Source of the DNA: an uncultured bacterium
GTDB taxonomy: Bacteria > Chloroflexota > UBA5177 > JANWHV01
DNA: 64,000 nucleotides
Assembly: GCA_963827235.1 (NCBI GenBank)
Contig: CAWHAE010000014.1
Span: 288,001 to 352,000 of the forward strand
Direction: 5' to 3'
The translations under genes were made by a program, and so were the position numbers. The first letter of the stretch is position 1. Every line of letters begins with the position of its first letter. Positions 1 to 11,669 of this stretch are shown here, in pieces. The notes beneath the pieces were generated by a model that saw only the letters and a program-made list of their open reading frames with translations, did not search any database and was not told the origin of the DNA.

Positions 1-1268
1 TCGTCCAGATCGATGATCGGCACGGCGGGAGTTGAGTTGTCGTACCCAACGATGATGGGATTGTGCCCTCCACCGCCCGTCCAGTAGATGGCTATCGAGA
101 TCGGGTGGCCGCCATTGATTTCCTGCATCACCGTGGCAAACGATGCCGAGCTCCCTTGTGTCGTGCGCAGGTGCCCGGTAATCGTGAGCGCCCGGTCGGG
201 GTACCAGGGCTGATTGCATTGCTGCGTCGAGCCGTTCTGGCAGCACGTAGTCTGACTAAAGGCGCGGTTGACGAGCAGGCACTGCGTCCACGTGGACGAA
301 GGATTGTAGAACAGCGTAACGCTGACCGTCGTGGCCGACCAGCACCATTCCGTCTGCGCCTGATGCTGTTCCGTGAACACGAGCTGCTTCGAGATCTCGG
401 GCCCATAGAGCCGATAGAGAGGAACGGTGCCCGCGCTGGCGCTCGCGTACACGTCCCCGCAGACACCTTCGTTGCTATATCCCAGATGCTGGACGGCGTT
501 CTGGAACTCCGCGAGATTGGTGGTGTAGAAGTGGTCGTCGGAGGCACCTTGATAGCCGCGATACAATGGCACCGCGCCGGCCTGCACCTGGGGATAAACG
601 TAGCAGGCGATACCCTCGCCGGTATAGCCGAGCTTATTCGTGGCGTTGTCTCGCTCCGCCATATTCATGGTGTAGAAGTGCGCTCCGGTTGAAGGATGAT
701 AGGCTCGGTAGAGCGGCGCGGGCCCCGTGGCCGGCGCCCCGTAGACGTAGCAGGCGATCCCCTCGTCGGCAAAGCCGAGCGTGTGAATTGCGTTCTGCCG
801 CTCATGCGCATCGGTCGTATAGAAGTGAGTGCTCTTGAAGAGCCTATACAGCGGTAAGGCGCCGCTGACGGTGGCGGCCAAGACGTATCCGCAGATCCCT
901 TCATAACTGTACCCGAGGTGCTGAACCGCGTTGTTCATCTCCGCGAGATTGGTGGTGTAGAAGTGGTCGTCGCTTGCGCCCCGATATCCGCGGTAGAGCG
1001 GGATAGCGCCCGGATGTTGGGGACCAAAAATGTAGCACGCGATCCCCTCGCCGATATACCGGAGCCTGTTGGTCGCATTATCTCGCTCGGCCATGTTCAT
1101 CGTGTAGAAATGGGCTCCGGTCGCCGGGTGGTAGGCTCGATAGAGCGGCGCCGGTCCCGCGGCGGCCGCTGCGTAGACGTAGCAGGCGACGCCCTCGTCT
1201 TTGAACCCGAGCCGGCTGATCGCATTCAGCCGCTCGCTCGCATCGGTGGTATAGAAGTGTGCCGTCAT
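1..1268 (-). CDS. Six DUF5648-like (HFYT) repeats fused to a papain-like cysteine protease domain (C70/C39-like); 3' end beyond window edge
   Basis: Manual translation from ATG at 1268 (RBS AAGGAGGAGG), open to base 1: MTAHFYTTDASERLNAISRLGFKDEGVACYVY...PLYRAYHPATGAHFYTMN...; then QAQTEWCWSATT (Cys codon 342-344), TQC, TCC, CNQP, GGGHNPIIVGYD (His codon 63-65). Absent from the ORF track because the stop is outside the window. Confidence 0.85.
   Translation of the reverse strand, partial: MTAHFYTTDASERLNAISRLGFKDEGVACYVYAAAAAGPAPLYRAYHPATGAHFYTMNMAERDNATNRLRYIGEGIACYIFGPQHPGAIPLYRGYRGASDDHFYTTNLAEMNNAVQHLGYSYEGICGYVLAATVSGALPLYRLFKSTHFYTTDAHERQNAIHTLGFADEGIACYVYGAPATGPAPLYRAYHPSTGAHFYTMNMAERDNATNKLGYTGEGIACYVYPQVQAGAVPLYRGYQGASDDHFYTTNLAEFQNAVQHLGYSNEGVCGDVYASASAGTVPLYRLYGPEISKQLVFTEQHQAQTEWCWSATTVSVTLFYNPSSTWTQCLLVNRAFSQTTCCQNGSTQQCNQPWYPDRALTITGHLRTTQGSSASFATVMQEINGGHPISIAIYWTGGGGHNPIIVGYDNSTPAVPIIDLD
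507..972. repeat. Intragenic tandem duplication with a 432-bp (144-aa) period
   Basis: The exact 34-mer ctccgcgagattggtggtgtagaagtggtcgtcg occurs at 507-540 and 939-972; flanking codons also align at the same offset. Confidence 0.9.
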
Positions 1269-1683
1269 TGCCTCCTCCTTTGCGTGAACAGCACGTCGAG
1301 ACGCGCCTAGTTGGCACCGTGGTGGCAGAGCTGGGGCCACCGTGGTGCCGCGCGTGGGCCGATGACATGTTGGCGATTCGACCGCGGCTCCCGGGCCCTC
1401 GGCGTCCTGCAAAACGGCCCAGGGAATTGCGACAGTGATTTCAGGTCCGATGAACTGGCTTCCGGCGTCACCGGAAGCTCAAACGCGCCATAATCTGCAG
1501 GGGAGTTGAGATGGCCATCAGATCCAAGCTTCGCGCCGAATGAAGCAAATGCTCTTTGCACGCGACGGATAGGACTCCACACATTGGTCCCATCCGGTGA
1601 CAAACAGCGCAATCGTTGGCGATCGGAACAATCTCTACGTACTCAGCATATACCGGCTGTCAAGCCCGGCAAGCTCCTCTCCG

Positions 1684-1860
1684 AGGGCAATCGCATCTAA
1701 ATCAGCTGGCGAGGATCTGGAGCAAGTAGCGCTGATCCCATCCGGCCTTGAGGCGCTTGGCGTTGACCGCGCGCCCGGCCGTGGACTCGTGCTGCAGGAG
1801 CGTTAGCGCTATGCGCCGCAGCAGCGCAAGGTTGTGGGCCGCGTGTACCGTGCGCACCAG
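1684..1860 (-). mobile_element. ISAs1-family transposase 3' remnant with one terminal inverted repeat
   Basis: RTVHAAHNLALLRRIALTLLQHE...AKRLKAGWDQRYLLQIL* matches the ISAs1 transposase C-terminus; AGGGCAATCGCATCT at 1684-1698 resembles ISAs1 ends. The rest of the gene is absent. Confidence 0.75.
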
Positions 1861-2060
1861 CAGCAACCCAACCTGTTGCGCGTGAGCGGCGCTCATTCGC
1901 TTCGGGATGCGTCTCGCTCACGGCGTCCGCTCGACGCGCCTGTTGGGCAGTGCCGACCTGCACGCAACCCGGGACGAGCTGGGCAGCCCGCTGATCCACT
2001 GGTTCAGGGGCAGTGTGTTGTTGGAGGAGGAGGCATGTACAGAAGGCTTTGGAGGCGCTC

Positions 2061-2318
2061 ATGCCACCGAAACCGACGCCACTGAGGAAGATGCCGAGGA
2101 CTGCGCGATCCGGTGAGAGTGCGGACGCCTCCCAGCTGGTCAACAGCTTGTTGGCCAGAGCCGAAGAGGCGGAATCCGAGGTGGATCGCATCCGCGGCGC
2201 GCTGTTGAACTCCATCCGCATGCGGAACGCAGCGATCCAGATCTTGCTGGAGTACGCACCCATGCTCGACACGCTGAAGCGCCTTCGCCCACGTTCGGCG
2301 AGACGCTGGAGGCGCTGA
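2061..2318 (+). CDS. Small hypothetical coiled-coil protein, possibly a degraded island gene
   Basis: GGAGG before ATG 2061; helical segment SQLVNSLLARAEEAESEVDRIRGALLNSIRMRNAAIQILLEY. Both ends may be frameshifted. Confidence 0.4.
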   Translation: MPPKPTPLRKMPRTARSGESADASQLVNSLLARAEEAESEVDRIRGALLNSIRMRNAAIQILLEYAPMLDTLKRLRPRSARRWRR

Positions 2319-2353
2319 CGGACGATCTCGACTCCGGAGAGATCATCACCGAG

Positions 2354-2645
2354 ATGCACGGATCGCGACCTCGTGTGCGCGACCCCTTCGGCCAGCCCTG
2401 GCGCTCATCCACCGTGACGCACCGCTTCCCGAAGATGTGCAAGGCGGCCGGCGTGCGGCCCTTCACGCAGCACGGGACCAGGAACACATTCGTGTCGCTG
2501 CCGGGGGCTATGGGCTACGCCATGCACCAAATCTCGCGGATGGCATGGCATGCGCCGGTCGCCACGACGCAGCGGATCTACGCCTATCCATACGACGCGC
2601 GGCTGCGCCAACTTGAGGGCAGCCTGAGCTCGCTATTGCGGGTTC
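2354..2645 (+). pseudogene. Tyrosine integrase C-terminal remnant
   Basis: GQPWRSSTVTHRFPKMCKAAGVRPFTQHGTRNTFVS (HxxR box), ISRMAWHAPVATTQRIY (degenerate LGH and catalytic Tyr); N-terminal part missing; abuts the tRNA 3' end. Confidence 0.75.
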
Positions 2646-2654
2646 CGGCGCCAG

Positions 2655-2730
2655 ATCCCACACGAAATCCCACAGGGAGACAAAGCGAACCCCCTCCGGA
2701 GCCCCCAGACGCGGGAACTCCAGAGGGGGA
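2655..2730. other. Putative att-site arm repeats and hairpin
   Basis: ATCCCACA direct repeat at 2655-2662 and 2667-2674; imperfect inverted repeat CCCCCTCCGGAG...CTCCAGAGGGGG (~2690-2729) between integrase remnant and tRNA. Confidence 0.5.
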
Positions 2731-2735
2731 TGGGG

Positions 2736-2808
2736 TACACCCGTGGGGACTCGGACCCCAAACCTTCAGATCCGCAATCTGATGCTCTATCCATTGAGCT
2801 ACGGGTGC
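2736..2808 (-). tRNA. tRNA-Arg (anticodon GCG)
   Basis: GCACCCG-TA-GCTCAATGGATAGAGC-A-TCAGA-TTGCGGA-TCTGA-AGGTT-TGGGG-TCCGAGT-CCCCA-CGGGTGT-A folds as a cloverleaf; T-loop reads TCCGAGT rather than TTCGA. Confidence 0.9.
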
Positions 2809-2956
2809 ATTGGCTTGCCCTAGTAGTATAGCGAGCCGTTGAGTGCCATGCAATCTAGGCGAGGCGCTCGGCGCCCGGTATCTGTGCTCCAGCAGGAGGC
2901 GCGACATACTGGTATGTACCGGCCGGCAGCTTCTCTGTACTCGACGCGACCGGCGT

Positions 2957-4888
2957 CTAGCTCGCGGTGGCCGTGGACTGCCTGGTCGCTGGCGCGGCGG
3001 TCGCGGTAGCCGGTAGCACTTCGGGAGCGGCAGTCGCCGAAGCAGCACCGGTCGAAGCCGTGGAGGACGATACCACGGTCGAGGACTGCGACTGCGGCAG
3101 CGCAGGCGAGGCAGTGGCCGGGCGCGCGGTAACCGAGGGCGTGGCGGACGGCACAGGCGTCAAGAAGTCCGGCGCCACGATAGCCGGCGGCGGCGTGGGC
3201 GTATCGCGGTGACCGGACCTGCCGCCCGCCGGAGTGGGGCTCGTCCGCGACGGCGTGGCACTCGCGCGCGCTCGAGTCGGGCCTGCGGCAGACGGCGTAG
3301 AGCTCCCCTGCGGTCCGGCCGCCGGCTTGACAGGTTTGGCGGTGGCAATTGGTCGCGGCCCGATCGCGATCCGCGCTGTGGGCGATGGCAGAGCCATGGG
3401 TGTGTGCAGCGCCGGAGGCAGGTTGTCGCCGAGTATCAGTCCCTCCGTCACAAGGCTGCGGATACCGAGCGGCCCAGCGTAGACGTAGCCCTCAGGATCG
3501 TCGGGGCCGGCGCTCCACACGAGCTCCGCGTATTCAAAGTATTGCACCAGCTTCCCACCCTGTTCTCTCTTTTGCGTGATCGGATAGCCAAAGGTCGCCG
3601 GTCCACCTTCGGCAAGATAGTACTCGAGAAACCGATTCGTCACCGTATGGCCCGTCTGCGGGTAGTAGCGCGAAGAAGTGCTGTTCTTGACCTTCGCCAC
3701 GCGCACCAGCCAGCTCCGCTGCGGAATGGCCGCGAAGCCCAAAAGTACGGGCGCCACCGTGTGCGCGAAGGGCTCGTACACGAGCTGCTGGGCCGAGAAG
3801 AACTGAGTGAGCGTGCCGTCGTCGTCCACTGCCTCCGTGTAGGGAGCGCCTAGTGCCGCAAACCCGCCGTGCTTCCTGAAGTAGGAGAGAAATGCGCCGT
3901 TCACCGAGTGGCCGGAATATGGGAAGTACCACAGGGGGTTGCTTCTCGGGCCGCTGATCACGACCTGGTCGGGCGTGTCACCCGTGTGACCGGACGGCAC
4001 CCAGGTGAAATCGTGCAGTGCGTAGTTCATCAGGTCGCGCGCATCGGTAAAGAGGTTCGGCGTGTTCAGTATCGCCGCCATGATGTGGTGGCCGTCCCGC
4101 GTCACGTCTATCACCTGGCAGATCCCGGCTCCGCTCGTCCAGCCTGGCTTTATGCCGTCGGCACCCGGATACCACTGTATGAAGTAGTTGACGGTCTCTA
4201 GGTCGTGTTCGCGATTGTGCTTCGTCGCGGGCACGACGAAGCTCTGGGTACTCACGATTTTTCGAAACAGCGGGTAGCGCATCGCATAACGAGCCAGGGT
4301 GACAAGGTCTCCGGCCGACGTATAGTGCGCGGGGTCGTCGCCGTCCGGCGAGCTCGTGAATCCGTACGGGTTGACGTAGTGCGTGTGCGTGAGGTGAAGC
4401 TGGTGAGCGCGCGCGTTCATCATGGCAACGAACTTGGGCACCGATCCAGCTACGTGCTCCGCAATGGCGATGGCAGCATCGTTTCCCGACGGTATAAGAA
4501 GACCGTACAGGAGGTACGTCATCGAGATACGCTCGCCCTTCTCCAGCCCCATCGTGGTTTCACCGACCGTGGCGGCTGCCTTGCTCACGCGCACCAGGTC
4601 TTGAAGGTGCCCGTGCTCGATTGCAAGCACCGCGGTCATGATCTTGGTGGTACTGGCCATGGGCAGCGGTCTATCGGCGTGGTAGAGGCGCAACCACTTG
4701 CCGCTGTCGAGGTCCATCACCGCGACGGCAGAAGCGAGAACGGGCGGCTCCGGATAGGCAAGCGTCGTGGTCTGCGGTCCGATTCCCCCGGCCAGGGCCG
4801 CCGCCTCACGCTGAATGGACGCCGAGCCCGCGCACAGCAAGGAGGCCAGAAGGAGAAGGGCCAGAACCCGCCGCCGCAATGTTGCCAT
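2957..4888 (-). CDS. D-alanyl-D-alanine carboxypeptidase (peptidase S11) with two YFPxTGH-type repeats and a Pro/Thr/Ala-rich tail
   Basis: Signal peptide; MASTTK (SxxK), SGN, KPG motifs; repeats YFPYSGHSVNGAFLSYF and YYPQTGHTVTNRFLEYY...FGYPIT. Confidence 0.9.
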   Translation of the reverse strand: MATLRRRVLALLLLASLLCAGSASIQREAAALAGGIGPQTTTLAYPEPPVLASAVAVMDLDSGKWLRLYHADRPLPMASTTKIMTAVLAIEHGHLQDLVRVSKAAATVGETTMGLEKGERISMTYLLYGLLIPSGNDAAIAIAEHVAGSVPKFVAMMNARAHQLHLTHTHYVNPYGFTSSPDGDDPAHYTSAGDLVTLARYAMRYPLFRKIVSTQSFVVPATKHNREHDLETVNYFIQWYPGADGIKPGWTSGAGICQVIDVTRDGHHIMAAILNTPNLFTDARDLMNYALHDFTWVPSGHTGDTPDQVVISGPRSNPLWYFPYSGHSVNGAFLSYFRKHGGFAALGAPYTEAVDDDGTLTQFFSAQQLVYEPFAHTVAPVLLGFAAIPQRSWLVRVAKVKNSTSSRYYPQTGHTVTNRFLEYYLAEGGPATFGYPITQKREQGGKLVQYFEYAELVWSAGPDDPEGYVYAGPLGIRSLVTEGLILGDNLPPALHTPMALPSPTARIAIGPRPIATAKPVKPAAGPQGSSTPSAAGPTRARASATPSRTSPTPAGGRSGHRDTPTPPPAIVAPDFLTPVPSATPSVTARPATASPALPQSQSSTVVSSSTASTGAASATAAPEVLPATATAAPATRQSTATAS

Positions 4889-4972
4889 GGTCCAATCCGG
4901 CTGCTACTCGCACGGGGCCCCTCTGGCCACGCAGCGCCACAGTACGATACGCCGCCTGACCTGTCAATGCCG

Positions 4973-6550
4973 TTATGGCGATACCTGGCCGCCGTATTCG
5001 CCCCAGACGTTGCGCAGAACGTTGCATATCTCGCCGATCGTCGCGTAGGCGGCAAGCGCCCGCTTGAGCGATGGCAGCATGTTGCCCGTACCTTGCGCCG
5101 TCGCGCGAACCTCCTCAAGCGCCTCGGCGACAGCAGAGACACTGCGGCCGGCCTTGACCTCCCCGAGCGACTGGATCTGGGCCACCTGTCCCTCGGGATC
5201 GACCTTGTGCAGCGGGAGCATCGTGTGTTCATCCGTGCGCTGGAAATTCACACCCACCACGATCTTCTGCCCGGCCTGCACGGCAAGCTGTTCGTCATAA
5301 GCGCTGGTCTCGATGCAGCCCTGCATGAAGCCGGACTCGATTGCCGCCACGGCGCCGCCCCGAGAGTCGATCTCGGCGATGAGCTCGCTTGCCCGCAGCT
5401 CAATCTCGTCCGTGAGGTGCTCCACGTAGTACGACCCGCCCAGTGGATCGGCTGTAGCCGCGATCCCGGTTTCCATGCCGATGATCTGCTGCGTGCGCAG
5501 TGCGAGGGTTGCCGAATCGGCCGTGGGCAACGCCAGGGCCTCGTCGTAGCTGTTGGCATGCAGGCTCTGGGTGCCTCCCAGCACCGCGGACAGGGCCTGG
5601 AGAGTCACGCGTACGACGTTGTTCAGTGGCTGCTGCGCAGTGAGCGCGCTGCCCGCTGTCTGGGTGTGGAAGCGCATAAGCTGCGATCCGGCGTGCTCGC
5701 ACTTGAAGCGTTGGCGTATGATTGTCGCCCAGAGCCTGCGGGCGGCACGGAACTTGGCGATCTCCTCGAAGAAGTCACTCTGAGCGTTGAAGAAGAAGGA
5801 GAGTCGCGGAGCAAACTGCTCTATCTTCAGCCCGGCTGCCAGGGCGCTCTCGATATAGGCGATCCCGTTCGCCAACGTGAAGGCGAGCTCCTGCACCGCG
5901 GTCGCGCCCGCTTCGCGGATGTGGTAGCCGCTGATGCTGATCGTGTTCCACTGCGGGATCTCCACGCTGCAGTAGGCGAAGCTGTCGGTGATTAGGCGCA
6001 TCGACGGGCGCGGAGGAAAGATATACGTGCCCCGAGCCACATATTCCTTCAGGATGTCGTTCTGCACCGTTCCGCGCAACGACGTGGCCGGCACCCCTTG
6101 CTTCTCCGCGGCAAGCACGTACAAAAGCAACAGCATCGCCGCCGTGGAGTTGATCGTCATGGACGTGCTCACCTTGTCAAGCGGTATGCCGTCGAAGAGA
6201 CGGTCCATGTCCGCACGTGTGTCGATTGCCACGCCGACTCTGCCGACTTCGCCGTCTGAAAGGGGATGGTCGGAGTCGAAGCCAATCTGTGTTGGCAGAT
6301 CGAAGGCGACGCTGAGGCCGGTGCCGCCGCTCTCGAGCAGCAGCTTGAAGCGCCGATTCGATTCCGCCGCCGACGCGTACCCGGCATACTGCCTTATGGT
6401 CCACAGCCGATTGCGATACATCTCGGGATAGACGCCGCGCGTGTACGGATACCGCCCGGGAACCGATCGATCGGCGTCGGCCGGCGCCTCTGCGTACAGC
6501 GGTTCGATGGGGATACCGGAACCGGTCACCGGACGAGCCTGCTCTGTCAT
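4973..6550 (-). CDS. mcmA: Methylmalonyl-CoA mutase, substrate-binding (large) subunit without B12 domain
   Basis: [48 protein letters not shown]; no DxHxxG domain. Confidence 0.92.
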   Translation of the reverse strand: MTEQARPVTGSGIPIEPLYAEAPADADRSVPGRYPYTRGVYPEMYRNRLWTIRQYAGYASAAESNRRFKLLLESGGTGLSVAFDLPTQIGFDSDHPLSDGEVGRVGVAIDTRADMDRLFDGIPLDKVSTSMTINSTAAMLLLLYVLAAEKQGVPATSLRGTVQNDILKEYVARGTYIFPPRPSMRLITDSFAYCSVEIPQWNTISISGYHIREAGATAVQELAFTLANGIAYIESALAAGLKIEQFAPRLSFFFNAQSDFFEEIAKFRAARRLWATIIRQRFKCEHAGSQLMRFHTQTAGSALTAQQPLNNVVRVTLQALSAVLGGTQSLHANSYDEALALPTADSATLALRTQQIIGMETGIAATADPLGGSYYVEHLTDEIELRASELIAEIDSRGGAVAAIESGFMQGCIETSAYDEQLAVQAGQKIVVGVNFQRTDEHTMLPLHKVDPEGQVAQIQSLGEVKAGRSVSAVAEALEEVRATAQGTGNMLPSLKRALAAYATIGEICNVLRNVWGEYGGQVSP

Positions 6551-6623
6551 CTCATTCTACTCGCATACCATACTGAGCCTGTGATCTCGAGGTCGACAAT
6601 GCCTTGGCGAGCCGCCGTACTCC

Positions 6624-7538
6624 TCACGTCGCATCGGTCGACTGGTCGAGCGCGCCGCGCACCAGGCGGGCAATGTCCGGTATGCTGTCGGCTACCGGGA
6701 ACCCGCGTGTACGAAACGCCGCCACCTTCGACTCAGGACCGCCCATACCACCGCTGATGATCGCACCCGCGTGTCCCATGCGCTTGCCTGGGGGCGCGCT
6801 GCGACCCGATATGAAGGTGACGACCGGTTTGCGCACCGCCGGATCGAGACCCTCCAGGTAGGCCGCCGCCTCTTCCTCATCGCTGCCGCCGATCTCGCCG
6901 ATCAATACGACGGCGTCGGTTGCCGGGTCTGCCTGGAACAGGCGCAGAATGTCCACGAAAGTGGATCCGATCACCGGGTCACCACCGATGCCCACGCAGG
7001 TACTCTGGCCCAGTCCCGCGGCGCTGAGCAGATCGCCCACCTCGTAGGTCAGCGTGCCGCTGCGCGAGATCATGCCCACGCGGCCCGGCGAGAACACGTC
7101 GCCCGGCATGATGCCGACCTTAGCGGCACCCGGCGTGATCACTCCCGGGCAGTTGGGGCCAATGAGCCTGGAAGCGGGGAAATCCTGCAGGTAGCGCGCA
7201 ACGCGCACCATGTCGTGTATGGGAATTCCCTCGCTCAGACACACTATCAGGCCGACGCCGGCACTTGCTGCCTCCATGATCGCGTCGCCTGCTCCTGGCG
7301 CGGGCACGAAGATGACAGACGTGTTCGCGCCGGTCGCATCTACCGCCTCCTGAACGGAATCATGCACCGCAACGGCGCCCTGGCGCAGCCCTCCCTTCCC
7401 AGGGGTGACACCTGCTACCACCTGAGTGCCGTAAGCCACCATCTGCGCGGTGTGAAAGGCGCCGTCGCGCCCCGTGATACCCTGCACCACCAACCGCGTG
7501 CCGGCGTCTACAAGAATCGACATCTGTTCCTCCCGCAA
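6624..7538 (-). CDS. sucD: Succinyl-CoA synthetase alpha subunit
   Basis: [34 protein letters not shown] (phospho-His). Likely start at MSILVD (ATG 7523). Confidence 0.95.
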   Translation of the reverse strand: MREEQMSILVDAGTRLVVQGITGRDGAFHTAQMVAYGTQVVAGVTPGKGGLRQGAVAVHDSVQEAVDATGANTSVIFVPAPGAGDAIMEAASAGVGLIVCLSEGIPIHDMVRVARYLQDFPASRLIGPNCPGVITPGAAKVGIMPGDVFSPGRVGMISRSGTLTYEVGDLLSAAGLGQSTCVGIGGDPVIGSTFVDILRLFQADPATDAVVLIGEIGGSDEEEAAAYLEGLDPAVRKPVVTFISGRSAPPGKRMGHAGAIISGGMGGPESKVAAFRTRGFPVADSIPDIARLVRGALDQSTDAT

Positions 7539-7622
7539 TCACGAGCAACCGCGCTTAATAGGATCGGCGCGCGTGGGACAGCTCCTGCGCCGTCAGGGCG
7601 AGAGCTACGATGACACGGCGTC

Positions 7623-9692
<2,070 letters not shown>

Positions 9693-10259
9693 CTAGTTTT
9701 CAGTCACGGTTACCGAGTTGATCACCACTCGCTCGCGAGGCGAAGATCGTTCGGGTCCGCCGACCGGGGTGGCCGCAATCTTGTCGACAACCTCCATGCC
9801 TTGCGTCACCTCACCGAAAATCGTGTAGCTCGGCGGCAGTCGTGTGCCGCTCGGACCCTGCACGATGAAGAACTGGCTCCCGTTAGTGTTCGGTCCCGCG
9901 TTCGCCATCGCCAGCGTGCCGAGCTTGTACGGAGTCACCACCGGCTCATCGTCGAAGCGGTAGCCAGGACCACCCGTCCCGGTGCCCGTCGGGTCGCCAC
10001 CCTGAATCATGAAGCCCTTTATGACGCGATGGAAGATGGCGCCATCATAGAACCCCTGGGTGGCAAGGAATACAAAGTTGTTGACAGTCTTTGGCGCCAC
10101 GTCGCCGAACAGACTGATCGTGATCTCTCCAAAGTTGGTGTCAAGCTTGGCCGTGTAGGTCTTCGTGGCATCCAACGCCATCGCGGGTGCCTGGCCCCAC
10201 TTGTTTCTCCCCTGGGGCCGTTGACCGGCCGTCGAAAACCCCTCGAGCATGGCTCTCAC
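9693..10259 (-). CDS. Cyclophilin-type peptidyl-prolyl isomerase, cytoplasmic
   Basis: APKTVNNF, FHRVIKGFMIQGGDPTGTGTGGPGY, LAMAN, NGSQFFI. Confidence 0.93.
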   Translation of the reverse strand: MRAMLEGFSTAGQRPQGRNKWGQAPAMALDATKTYTAKLDTNFGEITISLFGDVAPKTVNNFVFLATQGFYDGAIFHRVIKGFMIQGGDPTGTGTGGPGYRFDDEPVVTPYKLGTLAMANAGPNTNGSQFFIVQGPSGTRLPPSYTIFGEVTQGMEVVDKIAATPVGGPERSSPRERVVINSVTVTEN

Positions 10260-10397
10260 CCCATTTCACGCATGGACCTTTACCGCTTGCGCCACCTTGG
10301 CGCACAGCGCGAATGGCCGACCGGAGGTGCGGCAGGCCGCTGACCGACCACCTCCCCACCCGTTGTGGAGATTGGCCGCGCAGCAGCCTGCCCGCGC

Positions 10398-11219
10398 TCA
10401 CGACACCTGAATGGTAACCCTGGTAATCTTGACCGGCTTGACCGGCGAGCTGCTCTCGCCCTGCGAGTTCGCCTTGACCGCCGCCTGGGCAATTGTGTTG
10501 ACAACGGCCTGTCCCGCGGTCACATGTCCGAATAGCGAGTAGCTTCGCGGCAGCGCCACGCCCTGAGGCCCCTGGATGATGAAGAACTGGCTGCCGGCAG
10601 TATTGGCTTGACCGGTGTTCGCCATCGCCAGGTCGCCGATCTGATATGCCCTGGGTACTGAATCGTCCTTGATCGTGTAGCCCGGTCCACCGGTGCCCGT
10701 CCCAGTGGGATCACCGCCCTGGATCATGAAACCGGAGATTACCCTGTGGAAGATGATCCCGTTGAAGAAGTCGTGACAGGCCAGGAAGACGAAATTGTTA
10801 GCGGCGACCGGTCCTAGTTTTGGCAGGATGCTTGCCTTGACCAGGCCGTACGTGGTGAAGATATTGGCCACATAGGTCTTGCTTGCATCGATCACCGTCG
10901 AGGGCGCGGCGCCCCACTTCCTGGATCCTTCGGGCTTGTTTCCGGCCTTGGCGAACGGAGCGCAAGCTGAGCTGTTGGCGGCTAGCTCGGCCTTGCTGGG
11001 CACGACGGGGGTACTGATGGCTACCGTGGGCATCGGCGTCGCCGTCTTGGTCGGCGACCGCGGAGGTTGCGTCGGCGCAGGAGTGAATGTGGGCGTGGCG
11101 CCGGGCGCGGCCGTGGTGGTCGGGTTGGTTTCTTGTGCCAGCAGGAAGACGGCGATCACTGTCGCCACCACTGCCACCGCGGCGATGAGTCCGAATATCA
11201 CTGGGAAGGGATCGCGCAC
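10398..11219 (-). CDS. Membrane-anchored cyclophilin-type PPIase with Pro/Thr linker
   Basis: N-terminal hydrophobic helix, TP-rich linker, FHRVISGFMIQGGDPTGTGTGGPGY, GSQFFI. An out-of-frame ATG at 11371 could be the true start if there is an indel. Confidence 0.9.
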   Translation of the reverse strand: MRDPFPVIFGLIAAVAVVATVIAVFLLAQETNPTTTAAPGATPTFTPAPTQPPRSPTKTATPMPTVAISTPVVPSKAELAANSSACAPFAKAGNKPEGSRKWGAAPSTVIDASKTYVANIFTTYGLVKASILPKLGPVAANNFVFLACHDFFNGIIFHRVISGFMIQGGDPTGTGTGGPGYTIKDDSVPRAYQIGDLAMANTGQANTAGSQFFIIQGPQGVALPRSYSLFGHVTAGQAVVNTIAQAAVKANSQGESSSPVKPVKITRVTIQVS

Positions 11220-11493
11220 CGCCGGCCTGCCGCCTGCCGGCCGAGACTTGGCGCGCGCGGTCGGCCCGGCACGCTACCAGCGGCGCGGGGGCCGTCCGGC
11301 GCATCGCCACCGGCGCGAGGGCTGTCCGGTTTTGCGGAGCTGTCAGTGGGGTCGTTCGGTCCGGTACTCATCCGTCAAATCGTCTCCTGCTCATCACACT
11401 CGCCGATCGCTGCCTGTAGGCGCAGGCGCGCAGCCGGTTACACCATACATGCGCGGATTTGAACATGTCAAAAGGTAAGGATACGCGGATTCT

Positions 11494-11523
11494 TTGACCT
11501 GCACCGAATCTATGTGCTAGCAT
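11494..11523 (+). promoter_or_regulatory. Putative sigma70 promoter for rpmI-rplT
   Basis: TTGACC-18 bp-TAGCAT with extended -10 TG. Confidence 0.45.
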
Positions 11524-11669
11524 GCTGCAGTAAACGTCGGACCACCGTGCGGCGGACGTATTTTTGCGCCTCGCGGCGGCGGTGGGCGGAGAGACATTGT
11601 GATGCCGGCCATGCCACGACCGCTGGCTCGTTGGCATCCGGTCATCAGGGGTGGTGGAAGGGTTGTTTG

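Noticed and set aside
63-1310. Plus-strand ORFs 63-692 and 918-1310 sharing LREIGGVEVVV
   Set aside because: They are antisense readings of the duplicated HFYT-repeat gene, which has the RBS and catalytic motifs.
4205-5995. Long antisense ORFs here and at 26469-28070, 50631-51866 and 53546-54628
   Set aside because: They lie opposite well-supported genes and are expected from high-GC codon bias.
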